From assembly GCA_039621445.1 (NCBI GenBank), contig CP154954.1, positions 12,084,716-12,148,715 of the forward strand: a DNA stretch of 64,000 bases, written 5' to 3'. The notes beneath the pieces are model-generated. The model saw nothing but the letters and a program-made list of their open reading frames with translations. It did no database searches and was not told the origin of the DNA. A program made the translations under genes and the position numbers. This document shows positions 23,803-36,400 of the stretch, piece by piece. The stretch comes from Euglena gracilis. Its lineage: Eukaryota. Positions within the stretch are counted from its first letter, which is position 1; every line of letters starts with the position of its first letter.

Positions 23803-25262
23803 CAGGCATTATTTTTTTTTAAGGCGAGATTTCTCAAAAAATTTTAAGGCATTTTTTAAGGTTTTTTAAGGTTTTTTAAGGCATTTTGAGGAATTTTAAA
23901 TTTTTTTAAGGTTTTTTAAGGCATTTTTTTTCATTGCAATTGCTTTAAATTTCTGACCCTATTCAGGAGATTTGCTTGCCTGTTGGCCTTAAATATCCTA
24001 AAATGGCCTCAAATGGGGAAATTTTGGGGCTTGACCATAGGTGACCAAGGTTGACTGCTTGTTTTTTTTTGAAGTAAAAAAATGTTTTTTTAAAAAAGCA
24101 TGTTTTTTTAATTTTTTTTAAAAACAATTTTTTATAAATAATTTTTTAAAAAAGAAAACAAGTTTTTTAAAAATATGTGTTTTTTTCAAAAAACGCAACA
24201 AAAAAAGTCTGGAACAACTTAAAAAACGTCACTTTTTGATGACAAAAAATAACTTTAGAACTTTTCCCTCAAAAAATGGCCATTAAACTCCCTCAAACCC
24301 CCATTCTTTCACACCTTCCAAAAATCAATATTTTCTCAAAATTTTGAATTTGAGAGGTTTTTGAAGCAAAAGAAATGCCATTGAAAATCCAACAAATTTG
24401 ACAGAGGAAAATTGTCAGTAAAATTTGACTGTGCCAAAACTTGTTCCACCTTTTTTGACCTTCGTTATTCCCCCCCCCTAAAACTACCAAATTTAACCCT
24501 GAAATCTTTGAGGTTTTTTTTGTCAAAATCAACATTTCTCAAAATTTCAATTTTGAGAGACTTTGGAAGCAAAAAAATGCCACTGAAAATCCAAAAAATT
24601 TCCAAGGAAAAAAATGTCAGTAAAAATTAACTGCTCCAAAATTTGGTCCCATTTTTTTTGACCTGCATTTTTTGACCCCCTCCTAAAAACTAACAGTTTT
24701 CATCCCTAAAATTTTGGTGATTTTTTTGCTTGAAATGCTATGGCAAGTGTGGGAAACTGCTCCAGCGTAGTAAATTGTCCCAAATTGGGAGTTCTTTGTT
24801 GTTCATGCAACTTTTGCTGCAATTGCACTTTTGAGCAATTTGGGTTGACCCCTCTAAGAATGTCTCAAGTAATTCAAATCAAGAAAGATGTGGTTGCAAG
24901 TTTTGCTTATTCTAGCCGTGTGCCACAGCTTTTGGTGAACCGAGGCCAACCGAACTATGCCAGAAACCTTGGCAAACAATCCGGTTTTCATATTGTTTAT
25001 TCACAACCGCTTCTGCATTGACTGGCTTTATGCGGGGTTTCAGACATGCCATTATTTTGTTTGGTGCAAGAAAAAAATTCCCAGGGAGAATTTTTAAGGT
25101 TTTTTAAGGTCATCACGGGGAGAAAAAACTTCCCCGGGGTGATTTTTTTAAGGTTTTTTAAGGTTTTTTAAGGTTTTTTAAGGCATTTTGACAAAAAAAT
25201 TTTTAAGGTTTTTTAAGGTTTTTTAAGGTTTTTTAAGGCACCTTAAAAAATAATAATGCCTG
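23803..25262. mobile_element. hAT-like non-autonomous element with TTTTTTAAGG subterminal repeats
   Basis: TIR CAGGCATTATT/AATAATGCCTG; perfect 8-bp TSD GTAAAAGA at 23795-23802 and 25263-25270. Confidence 0.92.
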
Positions 25263-25354
25263 GTAAAAGACTCTGCGAATAATCTTTCGAATGATCTGAT
25301 CCGAAGCTCCAAAGCATGACATCATACACATGTCATTCCGTTCACCGCACGCCA

Positions 25355-25563
25355 TACGTGAATTATATTCAATTAAATACGTGAATTGAATTCTTCAGAG
25401 CGTGGCCAAATGGATAACCACCTCAATGCTCTTGAGATATCTGTGATCATGGCAATGATTACGTGAATTATATTCAATTAAATACGTGAATTGAATTCTT
25501 CAGAGCGTGGCCAAATGGATAACCACCTCAATACTCTTGAGATATCTGTGATCATGGCAACGA
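25355..25563. repeat. 105-bp tandem duplication
   Basis: TACGTGAATTATATTC...GATCATGGCAA occurs twice with period 105. Confidence 0.9.
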
Positions 25564-28474
25564 CTCAAGCATTTGTTGCTGTTTGGAATTACCACATCAT
25601 TCTTGTGATTTCTGTCCTCCTCGTCATGCCATTTAACCCAGGCGATACTTATTATTGGTATCGCTTTGCCGCAGAGCTCACAGGCATTATTGTGCAGCCT
25701 CCCAAAAAAATACCCAAACAATGACTCTCGTTCAAAGTTCAGGAGAATCAGTTAATAACCCTCCTCCCCTGTGTTTTTATCGACCAAACCCCCCGAGAAA
25801 AACTGAACTTTTTGGAGTACATTTTTGTCTTGACAGAAGCCAGCTTTGTGAAATACCGCACCCCAAATATACCTAACCTTTGCTATGTTAACTGGCGACT
25901 ATGGCTACAATGCGATGGATGGTTCGGCATACTTAAAAAGAAACCAACAAAATTGAGGGGGACAAAACACCATATGTAGTCTTTGTATGCGCCCAGCAGG
26001 GCCTTCGCAGAGGCTCAAGTATCCAAAGACAAAGGTGAAAAAATGCTGAGGTGCCTCACTAAATATTTGATTTTTTTTTTAGTTTATGTTCATACAAAAA
26101 TACCGTTCTTGATGTGGATTTCTCCTCTGATGGGGTGGAGTAGGAGCTAAGCTGGAGGACACCCTGCCCCCCCCCCCCAGGGGGAGTCCAGCTTTTTTCC
26201 AGCCAGCAGCTCCCAGCGGTCCGCCGAAATAAAGTTCGGGCAGCCCGCCGAAGCCGGGCCGGACCAAAACAATTTGGTGCAACCCGCCGACAGTTTTGGG
26301 GGGAAATGGCCCAAAACGGCATTTTTGAGTGGGGTTTGGGGTTTCCCCTCCCAATATTGGCTGACTAATGCCAACCCGGCCAGTTTTGGATTTTTTTTTG
26401 CCTGTGTTTTGGGGTACCAGCCAGGTCCAGGACCGCGGGACCCCCTCCCCCCCCCCCCCGGGGTCTTTTAGAAAATCCCTGGGGTGGATGCTTACTGTGT
26501 GCTCTGATCTGGCAGTGAACATTGGCCAAGGGTATTTTTCAAGCCATTTATCAGACAAAAAGACTTAACTATATTTTTAAACCAAAAATATCCTGAAAGC
26601 TATATCCTCTCCAGGAGGAAGCTGGGATGCTTATTGCTTTCAGTTGCATGTACCAGCCATGGGATGCTGAAGAACGATCTGAAGAAACATTATTTTGGTG
26701 TTTTTTTTTTGGCTCAAAGCGATGCAATTTTTTTTGCTCTTTTTAAACAAAAATTGTCAAAGAAAGAAACTCTGCATCCATATTTGGGCAGGCATTTCAT
26801 CCACCATAAGGCCGCCATTGATATTGATTGATACATATATGATTGATACATTGATATGACATTTTTTTCACCACTTTTCAAGGTTCGCTTTGTGCTGCAT
26901 CAAGTGACATTTGTTTTGAAATCGTGATGGTAGCCTCTCAAACAAGGACGTGTCGTGGCCCTCTTTTTCCTTTCAAGAACTTCTTTCTCCCGCCCATTCC
27001 CCTTACATTCAAGCTGCCCCCTCATGCAAAAGGCCTGTCCTCCATTAACCCTTCAAATGATTGACCCCCTGAATAATATACCCCCCCCAAAATATTCACC
27101 GAAACAATGCACCCCGGCTTTGCCCCCCTGGCTCTTTCCCCCCCACCCCCGGGCTGTTGGAGCCAATATGCCCCGGCTTCATGCCCCCCCCCCCCAAAGT
27201 TGGCCTATCACCCATTTTGAGGCATTTTGGCTTGGCGGCTCATTGGCTCGCCTTGGCTGTTGAGTTAAATATGCCCCCCCCCCCGAAGTTGCCCCCCCCC
27301 CCCTCCTGTTGGGGCCAACGTCTCTCGGGCCAAGGAGCCAGGGCGGGGGATGTGAAGAACCTCAACTTGAATAATTAACCAATTTAATTTATTTGTTGAA
27401 ATTTATTTGAATACCTCAATGAAGCAGATTTGAAAAGCATATTTTGGCGAATATGAAAGGTACCAAAAAATTGAGGCCGTATCAACCTGAAATAAAGGTA
27501 AAGAAATATGCAAAACTCAGAAATTATGAAAAAATGTGCATTTCAGGGGGTATTTTTCAGTTTGATAGATATGTCCAAATAATAATCCCCCTTAAATGAT
27601 ACCCTCCTCCCTGGATTTTGGATGCCCAAATAATATAAACTACCCGGCCGATGATACAAGAGCGGTGCACGGGAATTCCTGAACCCCCATGGGTGGTGGG
27701 TGGGGGGTCCTGCCTCCTCCCCCCCCACCCCTTCCTGCAGTTCCGGGGGCGCCAATTTTTTAGGTCAACTTTTTATTTCGGTATTTCAGACGCCGAACGA
27801 ATTTTTCCCCGCCCAAGTAATTTTTCCTTGGGTGGTGCGGTGCCATGGTGGGTGGACTCCCCCCTGGGTGGGTGAGTTCTTGCACAGCCCCGGTCCAGCG
27901 GCAGAATTTGAATCCACCCGTGAGCCCTGCGCCCGCCTGTCCTCCGGATCTGGGCGATACGCGCTGGGCTACACTTTGCTACGCTTGCAAGTCCGGGACG
28001 GGTCAGCCGGTGAGGCTCACCGGGCCTGTCGCTGCGCTGCCTTCTTGAGGCACAACCCCTAGCCACTCTCCTCCCTGGGGCCGAATGGAACGAGATCCTG
28101 CAACACCCTCAGGGCAGAATAGGACTTCCTGAAGCCCTGTGGGTGGCGAGTGTGGTGGAGACTGCATGGCTTTATGCTCTTATGTTTCGTGTTTTTCGAT
28201 TTTGGAACATTCTGTGTTTTGTTGTGTCGTGTTTTTTTTTTTGAGGGTGCTCCCCCAGGGAATCTGTCGTCCCCAGGAAACTGTCGTTCACAGGGACCTG
28301 TCTCCCACCCTTGTACCTGCCGACCTGTCTCTTCGGGGTTGGGGAGGTAGGTATGCAAAACTGAAGTGCTTTGCTGTGGAAATTGCTGCAAACTTGTGTG
28401 AGGGAAATGTTTTCCTGGCAAATCCCTTGCTGGCATCCTGAAATGGCTTATATTCTGTTGTTGTTTTTTTTTTA

Positions 28475-28616
28475 CCCCCCGGGCAATTGACCCCCCCAGG
28501 CAATTGACGCCCCCGGGCAATTGTCACCCCTGGCTGTGCCGGCCAATTTGTCACCCCGGGAAATTGTCACCCCCCTCCGTGCTGCCCAAATGTCACGTGA
28601 CAATTGCCCGGGTGGG
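28475..28616. mobile_element. Short deletion derivative of the TA-flanked GGGCAATTG MITE
   Basis: Same termini and TA flanks as 7080-7580. Confidence 0.8.
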
Positions 28617-30170
28617 TACCTCTTTCCATCCCCCCCCCACATTTTTCCAGTTTTCCGGTGGCTGGTGGATTGTTTTTTTCCTCTAAATCGTTCGGCTCCG
28701 ACTCCCTTCTTTTCACCCCCCCTCTCCCGCGCTGCTTATTAGCCCGCTGACCTCTGGACCCCCCGCCGAAGCCACAGCAGAATGCGGTCCCCCCGCAGTG
28801 TTGGCCGTCCCAAAGCTCTCTGCTGCCTGACCTTTGACCCCCTTCTTGACCCGACCCCCTTAACAGTGGTTCAAGGATTTGGCTTTCAGTCTCGGAGTGT
28901 ATGGAGTGGTCTGTTGCGACACAGTGCGTACCGTTCTGTTCGTTGTGATTTCTGGCCAGGGGGGATCAGCTCCGAGGCCCGAGAGGCAAGCCACAATCCT
29001 CTCATCACAACAGTTCTGCTTTGAAAGTGCCCCTGTTTTCCCTTACAGCTCGGGTTTTCCCTTACAGAAACGAAGGGCTCCCACAACCAGCTCTGCCGGT
29101 CTGTCTCCCGTTCTACACAATTCTTTTTTAACACATCCCTCCGATGGTATTTTTCTGTGCCAAAGAGTGCACACTACATAACAAAGAATGCTTCCAGAAT
29201 ATGTTTCCAAAATACCTGCCTTGTCCAAGAACCATTCCCCTTGTTTCCCACCCCTCTTTTCAAAGGTTTTCTTCCTGTGATTCAATTGTAGTTTGTGATA
29301 GAACTTTCGAAAATTGTGATACTACAGGAAGCTCTGCGTCCTTCAACAGACACACAAACTCAAAGGTAATTTTCCTTTTTCTTGTGCAAGCACATTTTTG
29401 TGTCCGGTTGCTCCTCCCTTATCCAAGCACCACCCCTGGTTCTTGTGCATGGTTTGGCCAAATGAGCACCAACCCCCAGTTCTTATCCATCTTTCCCTTT
29501 TCAACAAGGGGAGGTACATTTTGGTTGACTTTGACTCCTTGTGAGCCTTTTGGAGGTTGGAAAAAGCTGGCTCATTTCTTCCAGCAAAACTAACCCCCTT
29601 GGGTTGTGTGTGTGCGCGCGCGTGCGTGTGCGTGTGTGCGTGCGTGTGCGTGTACGTGTGCGTGTGCGTGTATGCATGTGTGGAATTTTGACCCCCCCCC
29701 CAAATAACCTGCCCAAATTGACCTTTTTTTTTGCATTTTTAAAGCATTTTTTTTGGCTTTTTTTTAGGAACAATTTAAATTTTCTACACAAAAAGGCACG
29801 TCAGAAAACATTTCCACAGCTGGAGGAGGAACACGCAGGACTCCCCCCCCTCAGGGGGCCTTGCTAGTAGCTTTCTGGATGCAGCTTGTGGAAATCCCCG
29901 CCAACCTCTTTTAGGGAAGGTCGCTCCCCTCCAGGGGGTGGGTGTGTGGACAGGCAAAGGGCGTAGGGCATTTTCGACCCCGGGGGGGGGGGGCGGGTGT
30001 TGGGGTGGTACCCCCCCAGCTGTTTTAAAGGGAAAGTGGCGTGGGTGTGCCGAGGCTGGGGCCCAAACCTGACCTCCCCCTGGGAAGGGGTAGCCCGCTG
30101 GGGCGGGCACCCCATAGCACATGTTACTGCCTCCACCCCCCCCCCCCGGATTTGGTAAAAGAAGGCCGAT

Positions 30171-30264
30171 CAAGCACCTATAGTAAAAATGGCCGAAAAT
30201 GGCCGAAACTGGCCAAAAATGGCCGAAAATGGCCGAAGATCCGGGGGTCAGCTATAGGTGCTTG
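30171..30264. mobile_element. 94-bp hAT-like MITE, same family as intron 5801-6191
   Basis: TIR CAAGCACCTATAG/CTATAGGTGCTTG; perfect TSD AGGCCGAT; internal AAAATGGCCG decamers. Confidence 0.92.
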
Positions 30265-30409
30265 AGGCCGATCTCAGCCAGGGGACCCCTGGGGGATCGT
30301 TGAGCCGAGCGCTGATCCCTGATTGTCCCAAGCGGCCAAACTGAGAGGCCCCGCCCGGCTTGGATTTTGTCTCCCGTGCTCAGCCCGCGCCGGCGCCCCC
30401 GCCCCTCCG

Positions 30410-33400
30410 ATGCCGCTCACCCCGGCGGTCCCCGCCAAGCCCTGGTCAGGCTTCTTTTTAAGTCACCTGCCCCCCCCCCCCGGGCAGGGTTGGATGGGAA
30501 GCCCTTCGGTATTGAGGTAGGTGGTAGGGGGGGGGGTCGCTGAGCTCTTATCCCTTTATGGGTAAGAGCGAAGCTTACCACTGGGGGAAAACCCCCCCTC
30601 GACCCGCCCCCCCCTCCCCCCCCCCCTCGGGGCCACCTCGGGAACCGGCGGATTATCACCATGATCCCGGCCCCGTTCCCGAAATTTTTTTTTTCAGTCG
30701 CAAGCGACTGGATTCCTAGTTTCCGAATCACCTGAGTTTGACCCCCAACTCCCCGCCAGGCCCGAGTTATTCACGCGCGAAGGGGTCCAAACTGGGTAGG
30801 ATTGGCCAACCCCCCTGGATAAGCCCCCCCCCTTTGGACGGGCAAAAAAAAGTCAATTTTCAAAATATCTCCAAAATGAAGCAAAATCAAAGGAAATGTC
30901 CGGAGACCTAATTTGAAGCCCTTGGAACGCCCCATATGCCGGTATTTTGATTTCCCCGCAACTCTCCGCCTGGCCCGAGATACGGCCGTTTTTGGCCCGG
31001 ATGGCCGTTTTGTACACTTTTTCCACTGTTCGACTTAGCCGTTTTCGGGGGGTGGGGGGTCAAAAAACGAATGTTTTCAAAATTTCTCGAAAATGTTGCA
31101 AAATCAAAGGAAATGTCCGGAGACCTAAATTGAAGCCCTTGGAACGCTCTATCTACTGGGACTTTGGTTTCCCCACAACTCCCCGCCCAGCCCGAGATAC
31201 GGGCGTTTTTTGGCCAATTTGAGCCGTTTCAGGCCATTTTGTACACTTTTCCCTCTGTTCGACTTGGCCGTTTTCGGCCCAAAAAAGTCGAAAAAAATCG
31301 AAAAAATTTTTTTGGCCCGAAACGATGTTTTTGGGCCTCCCGGACCCGGAAAAACTGTTTTTGAGCCGAAAACGAGCGCTTTTCGACCCGCCAGCGCCCC
31401 GTTTTGGGCCGCCGACCCATTGACTTTGGGTCAAAACCGGGTCAAAAAGTCGAAAAAAATCGAAAATTTTTTTTTGGCCCGAAACGATGTTTTTTGGCCT
31501 CCCGGACCTGGAAAAACTGTTTTTGAGCCGGAAACGAGCGCTTTTCGACCCGCCAGCGCCCCGTTTCGGGCCGCCGACCCATTGATTTTGGGTCAAAAAG
31601 TCGAAAAAATCGAAAAAAAATCGAAAAATTTTTTTTGCCCGAAACGATGTTTTTTGGCCTCCCGCACCCGGAAAAACTGTTTTTGAGCCGAAAACGAGCG
31701 TTTTTCGACCCGCCAGCGCCCCGTTTTGGGCCGCCGACCCATTGACTTTGGGTCAAAACCGGGTCAAAAAAGTCAAAAAAAATCGAAAAAATGTTTTGCC
31801 CGAAACGATGTTTTTGGGCCTCCCGGACCCGGAAAAACTGTTTTTGAGCCGAAAACGAGCGTTTTTCGACCCGCCAGCGCCCCGTTTTGGACCGCCGACC
31901 CATTGACTTTGGGTCAAAGCCGGGTCAAAAAAGTCGAAAAAATTCGAAAAATTTTTTTTTGCCCCAAACGATGTTTTTTGGCCTCTCGGACCCAGAAAAA
32001 CTGTTTTGAGCCGAAAACGAGCGTTTTTCGACCCGCCAGCGCCCCGTTTTGGACCGCCGACCCATTGACTTTGGGTCAAAACCGGGTCAAACCGGGCCGC
32101 CGGGCTGCCGGGCCGTCGGGCCGCCGGGCCGGGGTCAATGAAGGGGTGGGGGCGCGCTTATAAAGAGCTCAGCACTATTCAAAACCTGGTCCCGACCCCC
32201 CCCCTGGGGGGGTAAGGTGGTGGGGGGGGTCCGGACCCCCCCTGATAGCAGAAAATTTTCTTCCGGCGCTGCGCGCCAGAAAATGAGCAAAAAAACACCC
32301 CTTTTGCTGACTTTTGGTAATATTGCCCATTTTTTTGATGTGTTGGTGTTTTCCCCCAAAAATATCTTCAAAAAAATTCAAAATATGAGCATTTTTGGAT
32401 CGATTTTCAAAGAAAATTCAGGGTTTTTTGACCGATTCCGATCCAATTTCCGGCCCTTTCCCCGTCCATGAAATCGAAAAAGTTTCGGCCCCCCCTCAGT
32501 TTCGAGGTAGGAGGGGGTCCGACCCGTGTCGGAAGGGGGGGTCCGACCCCCCCCCCCCCCCTCAAGGCTTCCCATCCATCCCTGCCCCCGGGGGATGGGT
32601 GGGTCCGGACCCCCGCCGGGGGGGGGGGTCCCGCGCCGGAGGCGCTGGGTATCCGTTTTGAGCACGAAGCGCCGAAAATTTTTGATAATTGCCTTTAACG
32701 GGCCCGATTTTGGGGGGGGGTCCCGCGCCACCCTGGGTGGGTGGGGGACCCCCCCTCCCGGGGGTCTTAAAAAGAAGCCTGGCCCTGGTCACAGTGGGAG
32801 AACTACCGGAAGCTCAAGAAGCTGGTCGCCACCGGGTCCTACCGGCCCCCAGAATGGTGTGTCCCCCCTATGCCACCCCATCTCTGCCCGATGAACCCAC
32901 CCATGGAAATGCTCGGTGGCCAGGCCGAGCTTTTTTCCCCGGGATGGTCGCACCCATACCATTGTTAACACCTGTCCCACCCCCCCACCCCCGGGGGGGT
33001 GACTGACTGGTTTTTTCATAGTGACTGACTGGTTTTCTGGCCAAGAACCCCCCCCCCCCCCGTGGTGGGGTAGGCCCGAAAATGGAAAAGTGGCTGGCCT
33101 TGCGACGATGGCACCGGAAATTTTTTGAGACTTTTTGGCAAATTTTCCCTTTGACAAAAATTTGGCAAAAATTGCCTCCTCCTCATCATTCAAGAGTGGC
33201 CTATCCCCCGGGGGGGGGTAAAGTGACTGACTGGCTTTTTGGGGAAAAGTGACTGATTGTTTTTATCAGAATGGACAGTGGCCCCCCCCTCCCCCCCCCC
33301 CAGGGATCGCTAAGCAATGGTATGGTCGCACCCCCCCCTCTGAAGCTCTGGAGGCAGGGAGAGAATTGATCTCTACAATTTTCCCGCAATTTCCGCAATT

Positions 33401-36400
33401 CTTCGCAGTTTCCACAATTTTCCGCAATATCCCCGCAATTTCCCTCCTTTTTTTCGCAGTTTTTGCATGAACCTGAAATGGAACGCGAAGTGAGTTCTTG
33501 CCATTCTTCGAGCGTTTCACCAGGCCACCCAGGTGGTTTTTTTGTTATTTTGTTTCAAACTTGCCAAAAATTGCCATATTTCACAAATTTTGACAAAATA
33601 TAGCATTTTTTAGGTTTTCCCTCAATTTCTGCTGGAAATAATTTTGACTGAGAAAAATTCTGTATCTTTTGCCAGATTTTGCCTGAGACCAAAAATTCCG
33701 GCAATTTTTTTCTGGGTTTGGTTTTTCGCCCAAGAAATTACATTATTCCAGAATCAGCATGTCCCCAAAATGTTTTTTGGACGTTTTTGTTGGTGAAAAA
33801 TGTCTCAAAATTTACACCTACGTTACAAATGCGGAAAGTGGCAGAAGAATTGCGGGAATTGCAGGAAAAGTGTGGAAAAATTGTGGAAAGTGTGATTTGG
33901 GAACCACTACACTTCTGCTCGAGGGGACTTCAAAAATTTCACAAAATTGTGAAATTTTTGAAGTCCCCTCCAGTAGAAGTGTAGTCGTACCCAAAAGCGC
34001 ACTTTCCACAATTTTCCCGCACTTTTCCTGCAATTCCCGCAATTTTTCTGCAATTTTCCGCAATTTTTTTTTTCGGAAGCCTCCGATATCAATCCCCTCC
34101 ATGGAATCAGAATCAGAAAATATTATTAGATACATTAATCAAGAACCCTGGATTCTCATAATTCTAAATTGGATTCGTGATAAGTGGACAAAGTGCACAT
34201 TTGTTGAGTTTGTGAATTGCAAAGTTGTGTGCAGTGAGGTCGGATTTTTTTTTATCGCATTTTTCTTTGGGAGCCGCGCTTGAACCACCTATGAACCCGA
34301 CACACTGCACCCTTGACATAGGTATTATGCCATGCGCGTGTCGCCTCCGCCTCCCCGGTCATACAAGGACCCGACCCGGGTGGTTCAGGCCAAGCGATCT
34401 CCGATCGCCAAACAGCTGATGAAGGTGTGGGGTCTCATCTGTCTCATTGCCCCCCCTTTGCCCACCACAAATTGGACCCCTGTATACTGGCCACCCCCTG
34501 GTCCGGGGTTGTATGCCAATGAGTGCGTATGACCACCCCCCACTGGTCGGGGGTTGTGGGAACCCGGTTGGTGGGCAAGGGGGGGGGGTACCTGTGAAAC
34601 TTCCGTCCCTCTTTCAGTCCAGTCTTTGTTGGACCCGGGTCTCGGCGAAGTCCTCATTGGCTTGCCATGCCCCAGTTCAGCTTCTCATCTGGGCCGGTGT
34701 CCTCTGCTGCATTTTGGTTCATGCGCTGGTCATGGAACGTTTCGCGTTCACACATATTCCTGCGTTCAGAGCCTGATGGGTCAGGCAATTGCCACCCAGC
34801 AGTGCAGGGCCCTGCCTCTTTCGGCCGGGGTTTGTGTTGCAGGAACACCCGCACCTCCACACCATGGGGTCCAGCATCTTCAACAACTTCTGGATGGAGA
34901 AGCCAGGTCTGCTCACCCCCGCCTCCTCCTGGAGCAGTTGTAAACCTGTCTCAGATGGGACTTGTTGCCACGCAACAAGTCCTTTTGATGATGGAAACCA
35001 AATCAATGAACACAGAGTTACCTGTTGTGAAAGTTGGCCTCTTAAGAGAACTGTTTTCGTCAGGGTGGGAGGAATGTCCAACTAAATAGATTCAAGGCCA
35101 CAGCGAGTATTCAGCTTTTTTCCAACGCCCCACCAACACAAAAAATCTGAACGCCATTTTTAACACAAGTTTTTCACTGGTGGGCAGGATTCAATAATGT
35201 AAATTTTTTTCTGGAAGCATGGTAGTTCAATGGGGGGAAACCATTGGCAGAAGACAGGTTGCTGGGCATTGATGATCATCCCCGACATGGTGTGGGCGTT
35301 GAGTCCCCCCTAAGGCCATTTATACCTAAAGAATGGTGTTCATTGAAGGAAATGTCTTCCATGACCCCTCCCAATTGGTTCACAGCAGTGTTGTTGTTTT
35401 TTTCAGACCAAATTTGGAACATCTGGGTAGTGCAAGGGGCGATGAACCCCAATTGAGACGATCAAACCCCCTGAACTGCGCCTCCGCTGGACCTGGGTCA
35501 CCCTCCCTTGGCGTGTCTCGGTGGACGCGGTCCCCCCCCCCTCTCCCCCCTCGCAGTGGAACGGCTTGTCCGGCAGTACGAGGTGCTGCGCTCGGAGGGG
35601 CTCTCCGCCCAGGAGGCGTACGCCAAGGTGAGCGATGAGTGCGCCCGGACGGTGAACGTCATCCGGCGGCAGCAGTCCATCATGGCCCACCAGGTGGGTG
35701 GCCGCCCGGCCTGGCCATCAAGCCCGGACCATAGTTTAACGTAACACCTGTGTGACCCCACCCCCTGGGGGGGGGGTGGACTTTTCGAGAGTGGGGGTGG
35801 GTTGGGGCCTCTGCCCCCCCCCCCGGGTTGCACCACGAAACAAGTTTTTCTACCCAGCCAAAGGCCGGGGCGGAATTTTTTTTCAGCATTTTCGGCCGAT
35901 TTTGGCAGTATTTCGCGTGGGCGGGTGGGTGGTTGACCCCTGAGGGGGTTGTTGGGTGGGTTTTCAAAAAAGTGCGTGGGTGAGTTTGGGCCTGGGAAAA
36001 AGTGCCCCACTTAGTTTATCTATGGCCCTGACACAGAGGCATTTGACCTCTGGCGCCAACCCCCAACCCATGATGCGCCTCTGGCTGCCTTGTGGCATCC
36101 TGCATTTGTTCCTGCATAGGAACAACAGCATTTTAACAGCATAGGAAAGGAACGGAGGGAGATGACACGAATGTGTTCTTCCTCTTGAAGTCGTTTGCCA
36201 CTCTCCACCCCCACGCATCCCTGGCCGTCCTGCTGGGCATTTGACCCCAACGTGCACTAGCCTCCCCGGCTAGTGCCCGGCTAGCTAGCCTCCCCGGGCT
36301 CTCGGCTCTCGGCTGCATCCCCTGCTCTTGGCACACATTTTTTTTGTGGAAAAAGGCAAATATACACCAGAAACCTTCGGTCTGCGGGCCCAACGTACCC

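Larger units (their letters stand above)
30447..32781. mobile_element. Young hAT-like element forming non-conventional intron 30444-32786
   Basis: Perfect 16-bp TIR CAGGCTTCTTTTTAAG/CTTAAAAAGAAGCCTG; perfect TSD GCCCTGGT at 30439-30446 and 32782-32789. Confidence 0.95.

Noticed and set aside
31280-32090. CRISPR-like array or repeat-protein ORFs
   Set aside because: The units are wholly repeated with no unique spacers, there are no cas genes, and the context is a eukaryotic intron.
30445-32794. Conventional GT-AG reading of the first mS23-like intron
   Set aside because: It shifts the frame and loses WENYRK...PEWYY.
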